The position numbers and the translations under genes are program-made. A stretch of 64,000 nucleotides of DNA from Octopus vulgaris (lineage: Eukaryota). Within the stretch, counting starts at the first letter, position 1; each line of letters opens with the position of its first letter. This document shows, piece by piece, positions 1-14,394 of this stretch. The notes under the pieces were generated by a model. That model did no database searches. It saw nothing but the letters and a program-made list of their open reading frames with translations, and had not been told where the DNA came from. The DNA lies in NCBI GenBank assembly GCA_951406725.2, contig OX597818.1, positions 72,664,001-72,728,000 of the forward strand, read 5' to 3'.

Positions 1-973
1 TATATGCTACTGCTGCAATGTTGGCACTGCCTTCAGAAACCACTCCTAACTACTAATATAGTTTGTAGCCAAAATAATTGAAGAGATTCCTCCGCCATAA
101 CAAATCAGAATAAGGTAGAATAATCTGCTAATAAAAGCACACTTCCCCAGACTCATTGAGAATTCACTTGTATTTGTGAAGGAAGTTTTTTTCTCGGAAT
201 ATTATATGACAATGAAGCAACATATTATGAATTTATACAATACACATTCTCTTTGTTTGCGTTCATTGACATTACCTTACATGTTTTTATAATTCCATAT
301 CTGCAGTGCTCAATGATTTTTGCAAAGATTTAAATAATTTATACGGACTGAAATGTTTGAAGCAAATTACAACCCCCTCCCCATACACACACACAGGCGA
401 ACACAGTCAGGCATACATATATATATAAGTGTCAGTATGACTGTGAATGTATACATATATATTAATATATATAAATATATACATACACACGCACATACAT
501 ATATGCATACATGCGCGTAAGTATGTATGTATGCATGTATGTTCACATGGGGTTTGGTCCATTGAAATTGTTGAGAGCAGTTCTCCGCAAAATAATAGAT
601 TATATGATGTAAATATATCATTCTTCAAAAATGTATATTTGTCTAGCGAAAAAATATAATAAAAACCTTATTCTATCAAAATGCTTATGAAAACAAATCT
701 CAGTATTATGAACTTGCACAAATACATATTACAGTCATGTATAAAAATTAATAGAAATATGGAGAAACACGTATGTTTTTCTTATGTTTAATCCTAGTTT
801 GGTTTGTTAGTAAGTAGAAATGTTAGCAAAGTACACATCCAATGCTGAACCCATATGTATGTGTAAATAATATAATAAATTCATGAATATGTTCCCATCT
901 AGCAGTAATAAAGCTCTACAAAAGGATCAGTATTTATCATTATATGTATTGCTGTTAACGCTGTGAGCTTGTA

Positions 974-1008
<35 letters not shown>

Positions 1009-1009
<1 letters not shown>

Positions 1010-1430
1010 TTTTACTTTTACTTTTACTTGTTTCAGTCATTTTGACTGCGGCCATGCTGGAGCACCGCCTTTAGTCGATCAAATCGACCCCGGGACTTAT
1101 TCTTTGTAAGCCCAGTACTTATTCTATCGGTCTCTTTTGCCGAACCGCTAAGTGACGGGGACGTAAACACACCAGCATCGGTTGTCAAGCAATGCTAGGG
1201 GGACAAACAGAGACACACAAACATATACACACATACTTATATATATATATATATATATACATATATACGTGAGGCTTCTTTCAGTTTCCGTCTACCAAAT
1301 CCACTCACAAGGCATTGGTCGGCCCGGGGCTATAGCAGAAGACACTTACTCAAGATGCCACACAGTGGGACTGAACCCGGAACCATGTGGTTGGTTAGCA
1401 AGCTACTTACCACACAGCCACTCCTGCGCC
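1009..1430 (-). mobile_element. tRNA-headed SINE (family A), full length, with internal TA/CA microsatellite
   Basis: Minus strand starts GGCGCAGGAGTGGCTGTGTGGTAAG (A box) ... GGGTTCAGTCCC (B box) and ends AATGACTGAAACAAGTAAAAG(TAAAAG)n. Close homolog at 10893-11338. Confidence 0.9.
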
Positions 1431-2311
1431 TATGTATGTATGTATGTATGTATGTATGTATGTATGTATGTATGTATGTATGTATGTATGTATGTGTGTA
1501 TGCATGTATGTAATTGAAAAGTTTGAGTCAACAAGAAAGAGTACAGTTGAACATTTATTTGCAATCACTACAATTGATTCTACGCAACGTAGTTCTCCAG
1601 GCTTGCAGGTACTTGATTATGCAACCGTTTGCCTGCATTATGAGATCTAGTTGTGTTTCCTCAAGCGATATATAAATAATGTAAATTGAAGAGCACCCTA
1701 TCTGTCTCTCGTGGCCTGAACTTAGTAGTAGCCACTGAGTGTATCAAGAGATGCGTCATAGCTCATGATCAATTGGCAAACTGCTTTGAATGTGTGGATG
1801 TAGTGAAATGGTGATTTTGCTACTGTTAAAGTGATTGTCAGTTTAACAAACAGCCATTTGATTTCATTGTACTGTTGATTAGTTTTTCATGGCCAGTTAC
1901 ACATGCGATTGTCCTTGGCTGATATTTAAGAACGTACCCATGCCTACACATACATGCTCGTACACACATACATCCATATACATACACATGTTCTGACACA
2001 CTCACACACACACATATTCATTCCCCCCCCCAAACACACACACATAAAGAGATATATACATATACACACGCATGAATGTACATACATACATGCGTGACTG
2101 CATGTATGGATGTATGTATATAAAGATACACACTTAGCCATATACACGCACACATGTGCGCACATGCACTTACCCATACATACGTATATATACACATAGT
2201 TGTTCACATACAGTCACATGCATATGCATACAGACAGACGTAAGCGCCTGCACACAGGCGTTAGTACACAAACACATACATACATATATACACACATATA
2301 CATATATGTAC

Positions 2312-2612
2312 GGAGGCTCAATGGTCCAGTGGTTAGGGCAGCGGACTTGCGGTCATGTGATCGCGGTTTCAATACCCAGACCGGGCGTTTTGAGTGTTTA
2401 TTTAGCGAAAACACCTAAAGCTTCACGAGGCTCTGGCAGGGAGTGGTGGCAATCCCTGCTGTACACTTTCACCACAGCTTTCCCTCACTCTTTCGTCTGT
2501 TGGCCTGCTCGCTTAGCCAGCGGGGTGGCGTCATTGAAGGCTAAAACAGTGCGAAGCGCATTGTGACCAGTGATGTATAGCACCATCTGATGGCCTGGTC
2601 GGTCACGTGGTC
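2312..2612 (+). mobile_element. tRNA-headed SINE (family B)
   Basis: Head GGAGGCTCAATGGTCCAGTGGTTAGGGCAG with A-box-like and B-box-like (GGTTTCAATACC) motifs, flanked by simple repeats. The same head recurs truncated at about 6127-6155. Confidence 0.75.
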
Positions 2613-2864
2613 ATACACACACAGACACACACAGACACACAGACACACACACACACACACCTATATATATAGGTATTACATACATATACATATACACATT
2701 CGTATATGCCTGCACGCGTTTGCATATGCACCCAAACATATACATACAATTATACATGCATACACATGCACCCGCATGCACACACATGATATCTATGTGG
2801 TTGCTATATTATTTGTGTTAATATAGGAAAGAATGGGGATGTGTAGAGGGAGAGAGTTTACTGA

Positions 2865-2953
<89 letters not shown>
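2865..2953. repeat. (ATT)n microsatellite
   Basis: Seen directly. Confidence 0.95.
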
Positions 2954-3882
2954 CATTATTGTTGTTATCATTAATATTATTATTCTTTGTGGTATCGGGA
3001 AAATGTATATTTGGAATGGTGATAACCTCTTGGAATCTGCCAGATTTTCTTTTCTCAACAGGATACTTTTTCAAGGAACAGATCACATACCCCTGATAAT
3101 ATATTATATAGGTGTGCGTTTTTTTATTATTGACCATTCTATTTCATATTTTATTTTTCCTTCTTTTAATCTCTATATTAGGTCCGCTAGTCTTATTCAC
3201 ACACTAGAGAAACTGCAACACAAATCTGGAAGTAGGTATAATACTAATACTGAATAGCACAGGGTGAAATCTGAAGGTGGACCAGCTTCCTTACTATACT
3301 GCGTTCTTAATAGGATATAACATAACTATATATGTATGTATGCATGCATGTGTGTGTATCTATGTGTGTGTGTGTGTGTGTTCACTGTAAGTTATATCGT
3401 GCAAAATTAACAAGATATAATTAAGTTTCACGTTATTGTAGAACTGGTGTGACTAAATATGTTACAAGAATAAGTTGAATGTTGCCATTTGTTGTTTAAA
3501 TTGTAGAAGACAACTGTAAATTCACTTCTCACAATTCACACTTCTGCTTGGTATATTCTATTCACCCTCGAAAGAAATAACGTGAGGATTCTATTCAGTT
3601 GTATCAGAAATTTGCCAATTCCCCACTCTGTGGATTCTTGTAAGTGCACACTATCCTTTCTTTCTTAATTGCTGAAATACTTTATGGTAAATATTTCTGC
3701 GTGTGAAAACATGACGTCTGATTCGCGTTTATATGTAAAAAGTTTCTTCTTTAAATTGGGTCAGTGACATATAATATGGTTGATATTTTTTCAAAACCAT
3801 CGCATATGCCCTACATGTCATTCTACAATATCCATAAATTCATATATTTCAAATTATAACTAGCGTTTTAAACAACGCTTAC

Positions 3883-3954
3883 TTTCAATCCTGGTCCAAT
3901 CTGGTAATCGCAGGCTAACATTCTGGCGTCCATGGTGTAATGTAATGATGAAGG
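3883..3954 (-). CDS. Candidate internal exon (PSSLHYTMDARMLACDYQIGPGLK) of an unrecognised gene
   Basis: 72 nt bounded by TTATAG acceptor and GTAAGC donor, open in phase 0. No homology recognised. Confidence 0.25.
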
Positions 3955-4523
3955 CTATAATATTAGAATCCAGATTTAAAATTGGACCAAACTTGCATCC
4001 ATTTCAAAAAAATATCAGTTGATTTTGGAAGAGTAAAATAACTAATACGATCAATCGTTCTCGATTGTCTTGTGGGGTATCATCCGCCTTGTTTCTTATT
4101 TTCTTAGTCTATATAGTATTATTATTTTCTTAATCTACTATAGTTTATAGTAGTTTCTTAGTCTACATATTGTAATTACTCCCTTTCTCTCTAGTGTGTA
4201 TCATCTAAGAGTGTATGTTTTTGCTTCTGCAGTAGAAGTACTTATCGATTGTTCCATATGTTGCTTACGGTAACATTTTGTAGCCTTTTAAAAGTTTTTA
4301 TGCACTAAAAATTGAGCATGTTATGAAAGCACATCGATAGTAAAAAAGTTGTTCTACGACGAAACAACAACAATTAGCATATACACTTTCGAATCTGCCA
4401 GACTGTATTAAGACTAATAATGTAAGTCATCACTTTGATTTTCGTTGGGTTTCTCTCCGGTGTGAAGGTCTGATCAAAAGGGATAAACATCCCTCTAGTA
4501 AACATCCATTTATGTTATATCAC

Positions 4524-4625
4524 CTGAAGCAATGTACCTATGAAGATGATCAATCCGATGCCCACGGATACTGCGGAATACACTGTAATCTTCCCAGGAA
4601 TACGCACTTTGATCATAAGAGACAT
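4524..4625 (-). CDS. Candidate first exon with hydrophobic signal-anchor (MSLMIKVRIPGKITVYSAVSVGIGLIIFIGTLLQ)
   Basis: ATG at 4625, 34 codons, CAG|GTGATA donor, TATAAA about 40 nt upstream on the minus strand. No homology recognised. Confidence 0.25.
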
Positions 4626-4672
4626 GTGATATGTGGAAACGCGCGTAGCAAAGCATTAAATGTTTATAAATA

Positions 4673-4729
<57 letters not shown>

Positions 4730-4924
4730 TCTACGCATGTATATTTTCTACATTAATCCCAAGCATGATTATTTGCTTATTTGCATCATTATCCGAATAT
4801 TAGCTCACATGAATTCCTATTATTGTCATTCTTTACCCTGTAGATTTTGATTTGGTTTTCGGAGTGCAATTTTAAACCATTTGACCATTACTATGTGTGT
4901 ATCTATCTATCTATCTATCTATCT

Positions 4925-5838
4925 AGAGATCCCTGGCCTGGCGGTGCTACCGAGAAGCGCTACCCGTTCGAGATAAGCTCTATAGGCATGGTTCGAGAAA
5001 CACGGGGCCGACCTGCCCGAGATGCGGGCAGAGCGACGAAAACGCTCTGCACGCAATCGTGCAGTGTCCAGCAATTTCCGACCTGTGGGCTTATGTCGAA
5101 CGACTGCTGTCACGTGTGGGACGTGTCGGTTTATCAGCCGAGTCTATCGTTAATAACGTCACGCCTCCTGCCTTCAAACGCCTCCTTCCTTCAAACGCCT
5201 CCTTCCTTCAAACGCCTCCTTCCTTCATACTTGTGGCTATGGCGAAAGAATGTATCTGGTGGACGCGCCTGAAAGGATTAGAGACAAATACTTTCCTCTC
5301 TGGTCAATCTCTCATCAACTTCTTCAAGTATCACTTGAAGAGGAAAGTGAGAGTAGAGAGGCAAGTTTTGTCTAGTGAATGTTTTAAAAAAAGATGGGTG
5401 AATGTAGCAAGGATGGCACGTATGAATGACGAAGCCACCTTGACTATGATTCTATGAACCGTAAAAATTAATACCGAGAGTTGCTTATTTGCAAAAAAAA
5501 AAAAAAAGAAATACATGTGACTTCATTGACCGAGGTTACCGTGGTCTTTTCCATAGGCTTTTCTTTCCACGAGTAAACCTCACCTGTCCTCCCCTTTACA
5601 CTTCATATTGACATTTCTGTGATTACGATCCCTATTGATCAACTTTTTTTTCCTCTCCCCTTTTCTTCCCCCCCCCCCACTTTTTTAAAAAAATCCTCCC
5701 CTTTTTTTGTCCTCTTTCTTTCCTTTTACGATCCCTTTTGATCGAAAACCAACCCCCTCTTTTTTACCCCCAAAAGAAAAGCTCTACCTTGTAATTTGTT
5801 CTGTCTGTGTGCAGCCCTGTGTGGCTAATAAAGAAACA
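4925..5838 (+). mobile_element. 5'-truncated Tx1/L1-clade non-LTR retrotransposon (ORF2 C-terminus and 3' UTR)
   Basis: Frame 4927-5457 reads RSLAWRCYREALPVRDKLYRHG..CPRCGQSDENALHAIVQCPAISDLW, a CCHC zf-RVT-type motif. Pyrimidine-rich 3' UTR ends with AATAAA. (TATC)n lies on both sides. Confidence 0.85.
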
Positions 5839-6005
<167 letters not shown>

Positions 6006-6589
6006 ACAACATTTTCAGTCTTTTACAGTCGAATTTTCCTAGAATTGAAATAGATTTATTGCCTTCGTGACTACTTATAAAAAAGTCGAAATGCTGATTT
6101 TTAAATGACGTTGATAACCGTGAAGTGGAGGCGCAATGGCCCAGTGGTTAGGGCCATTATAAAAAAAAATTAAGAGGAAATGTACTATTTCTGAGATATT
6201 TCAGTTACACACGAACATCACTAGAGTTTTAGTATTATCAGGATGTTTACAGTGAGTTTGGAACAAGAGCATTTTGAAATCCATATTCACAATTCCGTTA
6301 TCAAAACTTGGAATATATTACATTTGGCGTTTGTGTTGTTTCTGCATAGTGATTAGCTTTCGTGCAGACTTTCTCGCTAAAATGTATTTTGACCAGAAAC
6401 ATCATGCACCAGCAGTTACGTGCTGATCTGTTTGTTACGGTCAAATTTTGAGTTTTTAATTGCTTTGACATCAATAGCCACGTGTTAATTTTGTGTGCGT
6501 TTGCGTGCTAATTTTGACGTTGTATTGCGATATGACTATGCTGATGCCTGATACTAACAGTCCAGAACCCTTCGGCGGGTAACTCTATA

Positions 6590-7104
6590 TCTTCTATATA
6601 TATAAAACTGTAGTTGTGTGAGTGTCTGTCCCCTTCGATTTAGATTCCTAACTACTCCCACATTTTGCGGTGCAGTTTAACCAAATTCGGGTATCTTATA
6701 GTCGTGATTCATATCAAGCCCGTCTGAGTATTAGCGCGCGTCTACGATGAGTCTACGATTTAAAAAATAATTTAACATAATTTTTTATTCCATTTTAATG
6801 CATAATTTTTCGTGTGTCGATGACGGCGGAGTTGGCGTCCATGGTCACACCTGCACCTGTTTGCTTCTCCCCCTTCTTCCCTCCCTCGTGAAGCTGTGGG
6901 AAGGGAGTGTAAGGAAATCAACGTCGTAAAGCGTTGTCAAGCAGACCAGCGTTCTTTTAGAACAACGACTTCATGGCTTGAAGACACCAAAACAGAAATG
7001 GCTAAGAAAGCCCGAATTGGCATCTATAAGGGAAGTAATTCTCTAAAAATGCTTATATAGTTATTTCCCTTACAAACCCGAGCAACGCCGGGCGATACTG
7101 CTAG
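6590..7104 (+). mobile_element. Non-autonomous Helitron
   Basis: 5' TC(TTCTATATATATAAAA), subterminal GC-rich hairpin CCCGAGCAACGCCGGG, 3' CTAG, inserted between A and T with no TSD. Confidence 0.85.
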
Positions 7105-7344
7105 TATTGCATAAGAAACAAATGAAAAGCCTAATATATTCAATTAAGTTCTGTAAAATGAAACCGTAAAGGCCTTTTAAAGTCGAATATGGATTTAGGG
7201 ACTCTAAACCTTCTAAAGCAACTAAAACAAGCTACAAAAAAATAGGAAAAATATAAATTCCAAAATAGTCGTGTTTTTAAATTAAAATCCATAAAACACT
7301 ACTCCATAAAGAAGTTCCCCACAGGTGTTCCACATAAAAGAGCT

Positions 7345-7477
<133 letters not shown>

Positions 7478-8381
7478 TATCGTAGGCAGCTATACGCAAT
7501 ATAAAGCCAAAGAGGAAAAATTCAATCGTCACTAAATGTGACAGAGGGTGAACCCGGTTAAAAATAGGTTTTTTGATTAGTATAATACTCCAGGTAATTC
7601 TAAAGCGAGGTCTAAGGTTGAAGACTACCACCAGTCGACTTTGTAAATCTATGGTTTTATTAGAAAGTTAATAGGCATAAATAATGGATCGTATGAATTT
7701 ATTTACACATTGTAGACTTATAGCTTTTTCTGATATACAATTTAGGTTCGTTCATGACTAAGTTTACTCACTCTGATCAATTACGATGAGTGAATGATCT
7801 TTAAATATGCTATGAATTTGACACTGGACACGATAACATTTTTAAGGTTCATTCAATATTTTCAATTGATCAATCGACAGGAAAAAGTAACGCACCTAAA
7901 ATGCATGTCAGAAACTGTGTAACTCTCCAATTCACAAATAAGTAATTGTTTGAAGCCTGTTATCTATGCCATTAATAATATTATTCTTAAACAACAATAT
8001 TATTGACAGCGAATTAGTAGTAGCGGTCAGCTAGCCACTGTTCGACTGCAATACATTGAATTCAATCATGTTTTATATAGTCTCTGTTGAGTTAAAAATC
8101 TCCCATGGGTATGTCGCTTTGTGTTAATTAATTTGTAGGGTAAGATGTGGTAGAGAGGCGTTTTAGAGAATTTTTTATTTTATTAAATTTTGTGATATGT
8201 TAATGTGTAGAATTTGATAATGTGTGCAACTTTGTAAGCAAGTGTTTATATTTAGGTGTGTGTTCTCTTTAGATTCTTTTTAGTGGTTCACAAAATGTAT
8301 ATACTAAGGTATAGGAAATGTCAATAATTTTAGTTATTTTTGGTTTCCTTGAATTCAGTACTTTACTGTAAAGGCGAAAGG

Positions 8382-10060
8382 TTCAAAGTTTACATTATTT
8401 ACATTTGACGTTTCGGCTGATATACCCTCCAACCTTTACCAGATGTCTTTGGGATTATTATTATTATTATTATGCAGGTCACTGCCTGGAATGGAACTCG
8501 GAAATCTTGGGGTTAGTAGCCAGTGCTCTTAACAACTACGCCATATACCCGTGGGCAATTATGGAGTGAATTTTAGGGCTTATAAATCTAATAATTTCCT
8601 ATCTTTCCATAATACCGATTCTCATATGCTACTCATATCTGCACTCGGTCAGCTTAGAAGGTTGTTGTGTCCTAGCATATGTGCTGCTTCCTTTAGTTTC
8701 TGTATTTTCCAGAGGTGTTCTCTATCTATTATTTTAACTTCATCCCACAGGGGGAGGTGGTCTCCATTTTTCCATACATGATCATCTATACCCGATTTAT
8801 CAATATCTTCTCATGTCATAGCTTTGCGATGCTCGTCTACCCATATTTCGAGGGGGCGGCATGTTTCGCCTTTGTATAACCTACCACAACATCATGGAAT
8901 GGAGTACACGCAGCCTTTAGTATATTCTCTTCTATTGGTTTTACTTGAAGGAGATATTTGCGAAGTTGTATTACTCTTGAACACTGTCCTGATGTCATAT
9001 GGGCCGCATATCTTTTGTATCTTTTCGGAGAGGCCTTTCACATAGGGTAGACAGACTGCGGAGAGTTTATTGGCCTCATCCTCTCTTTTCTTCATAATTA
9101 GAGTGGATAGTATGTTTTGAGGGTAGTTGTTACTTAACAGATTATTACTTAGCTTCATCATTTCTTCGTGGTGGGTATCACGATCACTACTTATATTCTT
9201 TGCTCGATGTTTTAGGCACTGAGCAATCCATCTCTTTACATTGTATGGATGGTGGAAATTGAAGTTGAGGTATCTTCTAGTGAAGGTCAGCTTGTGGTAT
9301 AAGGATGATCCTAAATCCATACTTGGTGCGCGTTATTAATACGTCCAGGAATGCCAGCTGATTGTCTTTTTCCTTTTCCATTGTGAACCGTATGGATGGC
9401 TTTATTGAGTTCACATGATCTAACAGCACTTGGAAATTTTCCTGATGGGGCCAGAGTATAAATGTGTCATCAACATATCGCAGTCATAGGGTTGCTTTTA
9501 GTGATGTTGATCATAAAGCTAAATTCTCAAAGTATTCCATGTATATATTGGCTATTATCAGTGATAATGGCGAACCCATAGCTTAACCCTCTTCTTGTCG
9601 ATTTATATCCCTACTGAAGTAGGTAGTTTCTTGTGTCTGTCACTAGTTTTTCTTGCATCACCAACAGTGCTTCAACAGTTGGGACTTTGGTGAACAGACT
9701 TATCACATCTAGACTCACCATCTGGTTAGATTTAATGGGAGTATCCTTGATCAATTCGGTGAAGTCGGTGTAATTTTTCACGTACCATGTTGACATTCCT
9801 GCTAGTGGACTAATTATATCCACAAGGAACCGGCTCAGTGGATGACATGCTGAACCTCTACAGCTCACTACATGTCTTAATGGAGCTCACTATAGATCTT
9901 AGGAAGACGGTACATGTGCGATAGTTTACTGTAGTGTTGAGTCAGTTGTCTGTACTTCATTGGTATAAAGTGATCCTTGTTCTTGATGAAGATCTGTGAC
10001 GACTTCCTCTGTTTACAGAATGGGGTCTTTCTTTTCTTTGTTGTAGCTACCATCACTTAT
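8382..10060 (-). mobile_element. Decayed Penelope-like element (RT plus GIY-YIG) with terminal tRNA-like segment and degenerate hammerhead
   Basis: Motifs MVSLDVISLFTKVP, GSPLS, RYVDDTF, AFLDV, YLNFNFHHP and LPYVKGLSEKI; GIY-YIG region GCVYSIP*CCGRLYKGETCRPL; many stops and frameshifts. Confidence 0.9.
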
Positions 10061-10069
10061 AAGACTTGC

Positions 10070-10606
10070 CAATTTTTGCAGAGTAGTCAGATTTGTTCGC
10101 AAGGTTCCGAGCTGGAGATTGTAACCTTATTGATAAAGAGCAATCAGGCAGACCATTCACTACAGTTGATGACCAAATCAAGTCATTGACTGAGAATAAC
10201 CCACATTGCGCAATCTGAGAATTGGCAGAAAGCCTCAACCTATCAAAATCCGTCGTTCATGAGCACCTGGTAAAGCTTGGGTACACAAATCGCTATGATG
10301 TTTGCTTATCACATGAGTTGAGTGAGAAGAACCTTTTGGATCGCATTTCCCTCTGTGATTCGCTTTATGAACGGAATGAAAACGCCCCTTTTTTAAAGCA
10401 AATTGTGACAGGTGATGAGAAATAGATTATCTACCGAACGTTCAGAGAAAGCGATCCTGGAGTAAGCGACATGAGCCACACTTCGCCACCCCAAAAGCGG
10501 GACTTCACCCTAAAATGTTTTGCTTTGTGCTTGGTGTGATTGGAAAGGAATTTTGTACTATGAGCTTCTCCCTAGTAACCCGACAATTAATTCTGAGAAA
10601 TGGTGC
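10070..10606 (+). pseudogene. Mariner transposase fragment
   Basis: SGRP..VDDQIKSL..ELAESLNLSKSVVHEHL..HELSEKN..FLKQIVTGDEK, with stops; no TIRs retained. Confidence 0.85.
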
Positions 10607-10614
10607 ACAAAACT

Positions 10615-10718
10615 GGCTGTGTGGTAAGAAGCTTGCTTCTCAACCAAATGGTTTCGGATTCAGTCCCACAGCGTAGCACCTTGGGCAAGTGTCTTGTACT
10701 ATAGCCTCTGGCCAACCA
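10615..10718 (+). mobile_element. SINE family A head fragment
   Basis: TGGCTGTGTGGTAAG..TTCAGTCCCAC..GGCAAGTGTCTT matches the head of the copies at 1009 and 10893. Confidence 0.75.
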
Positions 10719-11388
<670 letters not shown>

Positions 11389-11484
11389 TCTAATTTATTA
11401 TAATATAATATTTTATTATAAAATTGGATTCAATCTTAAATCTGATTTTTCCTTGTAAATTTGGATTTATTCCCTAATATTTAT

Positions 11485-11533
<49 letters not shown>

Positions 11534-11544
11534 CCATACACACG

Positions 11545-11695
11545 GATTCACTCTCAGTTCTTTTCGTTCTGTCTTCATCTTTCCTTCCTCACGTCCCTTT
11601 CTGTCGAAGAGCTTAGTCTCGAAACACCAAAGACTTTTCCATTCTTCCCTAGCGTCAAACTAATAGAGCATCATGTTGTTCCCTCACCTGTCCTT
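11545..11695 (+). mobile_element. Short dispersed element with degenerate hammerhead core
   Basis: CTTT-CTGTCGA-AGAG..CTC-GAAAC..AAAG at 11597-11632. Related sequences at 52140-52305 (+), 35715-35920 (-) and 56085-56262 (-). Confidence 0.55.
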
Positions 11696-11893
11696 CGGCT
11701 AGTTGTTGCGGTTTCAAAGTGACGAAAATATTTTGACACAAGTTAAATTTAAATGTTGAAGTGAATCTAACAGATTTTTGTGTGTTTTAAATGACTTATA
11801 AACAGCTTGCACACTGCCATTGTTTTTGTATCAGCAAACGATCTCAGATCAAGTCACTTGCTATATACATGTACATCTCCCTAATATATACAT

Positions 11894-11976
<83 letters not shown>

Positions 11977-12059
11977 AAACACACACAGAGTTTGTCGTCT
12001 TTTTTCTTTTATTATTTTCGGCCAACTGGTGCACTGCCATTAGTTTCCCTAAACCTTCA

Positions 12060-14200
12060 GTACTTGAAAACTTTTAGTGAATGTGGGTATTTAATGTTGA
12101 TGCTGTCATCTGCGATTCTTGATGCAAGGTAGCTTCATTTGGAAGAAATTCCATTTTGTTTTTAACTTATGTGTTTATCTCAGGCTTTTGGGAGGATATT
12201 GAAGAGATGTGGACCCTTGAAAGCCGAGCTGTGTCCTCTTGACCATCACTCATTATTTGCTTTATTTTGGCTACTACTACCGGATTTCTATATTTAAGAA
12301 AGTCGTATAACCACTTTCTAAGTTTTCCGTTTATGTTGATATCCCCCAGCTTGTAACATATAATAGGGTCTTCATTGTCAAAGCCTTTTTCAAAGTATAG
12401 TCATACCATACTCACATTTGATTTGTTGAGCAGTTGCTTTAACATCCAGTTATAGTGGTGTTAGAGTTGTGCCAGACAGCCTCTACCTATGCAAAAACCA
12501 GGCTAGGTTTCAATCAGCAAGTCATTCTCTTCACGAAATGCAAGTACTTTTATTCGGACTATTTGTTTCATGACTTTGCTAATGTGTGCTGTCAGAGAGA
12601 CAGTCCTATAAATTTCAGCATCTATTCTATTTCCTCATTTATTGGATAGGACATATTATTCCGTTCTTCAATTTGCCTGCTAGCGTACTACATGCAAGGA
12701 AGCACCGAAAGAGAAGCTGCATTGCTTTTGCAAGGGCTCGTTTGCATGATCCGAAAAGGATTTTTTGGAATTCATCAGGACCATCAGCTGAGATTGAACC
12801 TACTTCATCTACGGCCAGTATTACATCTTAAGTGATGTCGATGTAATCATTCATTACTACCTGTCTCTTTACATCTGTAGGGGTAAGAAAAGAACAAAGC
12901 CCTACAGAATTGCTGACTTGCATGATAAATAACACATTTGATTTGTTCGTTCAGAATTCCACTAAACTTTATTGGGTTTCCCGCGAGGGCATCTTTTTAG
13001 AGGAGTGGTCCAACCCCGCAACAGACGGAAGCAGTTTCTATGGCATATTTAAAGAAGACTTTAGAGTTTTATTTTATATTTTTTATAAGCCAAGGTCTTT
13101 TCCTCTTTTTTCCGTGCAGACTTTTCTCAATCTCCAGCCATGTTGTTTTCAGACATGGTTTTTTACTTGACATTGAATTGTCTGTTTAGGCGGTATGTCT
13201 GTACGTCTTCTCGTATGAACTTTCATATCGCTGGAAATTTTGTTTGTATGTGCAGTGGCCTTTGGCATTGGGACAAACTTGTAGCATATAGCTTGCATTA
13301 CGGACATGAATTCTTTGAATTCCATATCCATGTAAGGTATGGAGATACGCTGAGACCAATCCTGTTTGATGAACTGTTTCTCAATCGATTTCCAGTCTGT
13401 GTTTTAGCAGTTAACACTGGATAGAATTTAGGTGTTTCTCTTAGGTTGTATATCTGCAGGTTTCTCATTTCCATATTGGTCAGCCCTGTTATATCGTTAT
13501 CTAAGACTTGCCTCGTTGTCATTTGTACATTATAAATTAGATCCATACTGTTTGTGAAGCAGAAATCAAGTATATTGTTTGCCCTGTTTAATTCGCGTAC
13601 TACTTGCTCCAAATATAATATGTTAGGAAATTTGGGCAGGTTAAAATCACCTACCAGAAGTACACTAATGTTTTGTTCTTAATTGGTTAGGACTTCTATT
13701 TTGGCAAAGAGGTCTTCAAATAAGCCCGTATGATTTGGAGTATCTGATAGACGTAATACATATTTCTGTTTCGAGTTGTCTTATATGTGCAATTAGTGTG
13801 TTACAAACCGAGTTTGAATATGACAAAAAAAGCCTGGAATGTGAGGTCTGCACAAATGTTCATTGCAACTCCAGCATAACTCCCGTCCTTTCAGTCGTTC
13901 GCATTATAAAATACTTTGGTATGTGTATTTCTGCATCTGCAATGTCAGATTACAGGTGCGATTTGGCTGGTGAGAGTCATGCATAAGGTTTGATAGCATG
14001 CCCATCTCGAGGGAAGGGAATTTTGCTTCTGTTACTGAGTAGTAATACTCCTTTAATGTTTACTTCTCTAATGTATCGAAGAAACAACTGTGCTGATGCC
14101 AGTGATGACCACTCGGGATTCATTGGGTGTGGTTGTCTTGTATAATAGTGGGTCGGCTCCATTCTAAAATTGATATAACCAGGTCAGTTGCTGTACAATC
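12060..14200 (-). mobile_element. Decayed CR1-group LINE (APE endonuclease, partial RT, C-terminus), internally deleted
   Basis: Remnant motifs DAEIHIPKY, VLLVGDFNLP, NILDFCFTN, YRTVSLT, FEKGFD and FKGPHLFNILPK. Confidence 0.8.
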
Positions 14201-14394
14201 ATTTATGCCATGCATAAAAGAGATTGTTGCTCGGTTGCAGCCCTTAAATATACTCGAACATAAACACAATTATATATATAAACACATGAACATAAACACA
14301 TAATTACACACACACACACACACACACGCACACACACACATACACACACATACACATATATATATATATATATATATATTCACATATAAAAGCA

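Noticed and set aside
281-347. Possible minus-strand exon (TTTCAG ... GTAAG)
   Set aside because: All three frames contain stops, so it cannot be supported as an internal coding exon.
4445-4470. HTGEKP zinc-finger linker on the minus strand
   Set aside because: No flanking C2H2 Cys/His pattern; probably chance.
8892-8894. In-frame TGA at a conserved Cys of the Penelope GIY-YIG domain, recalling selenocysteine in Naiad elements
   Set aside because: The copy has many other stops and frameshifts, the motif looks Poseidon/Penelope-like, and no SECIS was identified. Ordinary decay is the simpler explanation.
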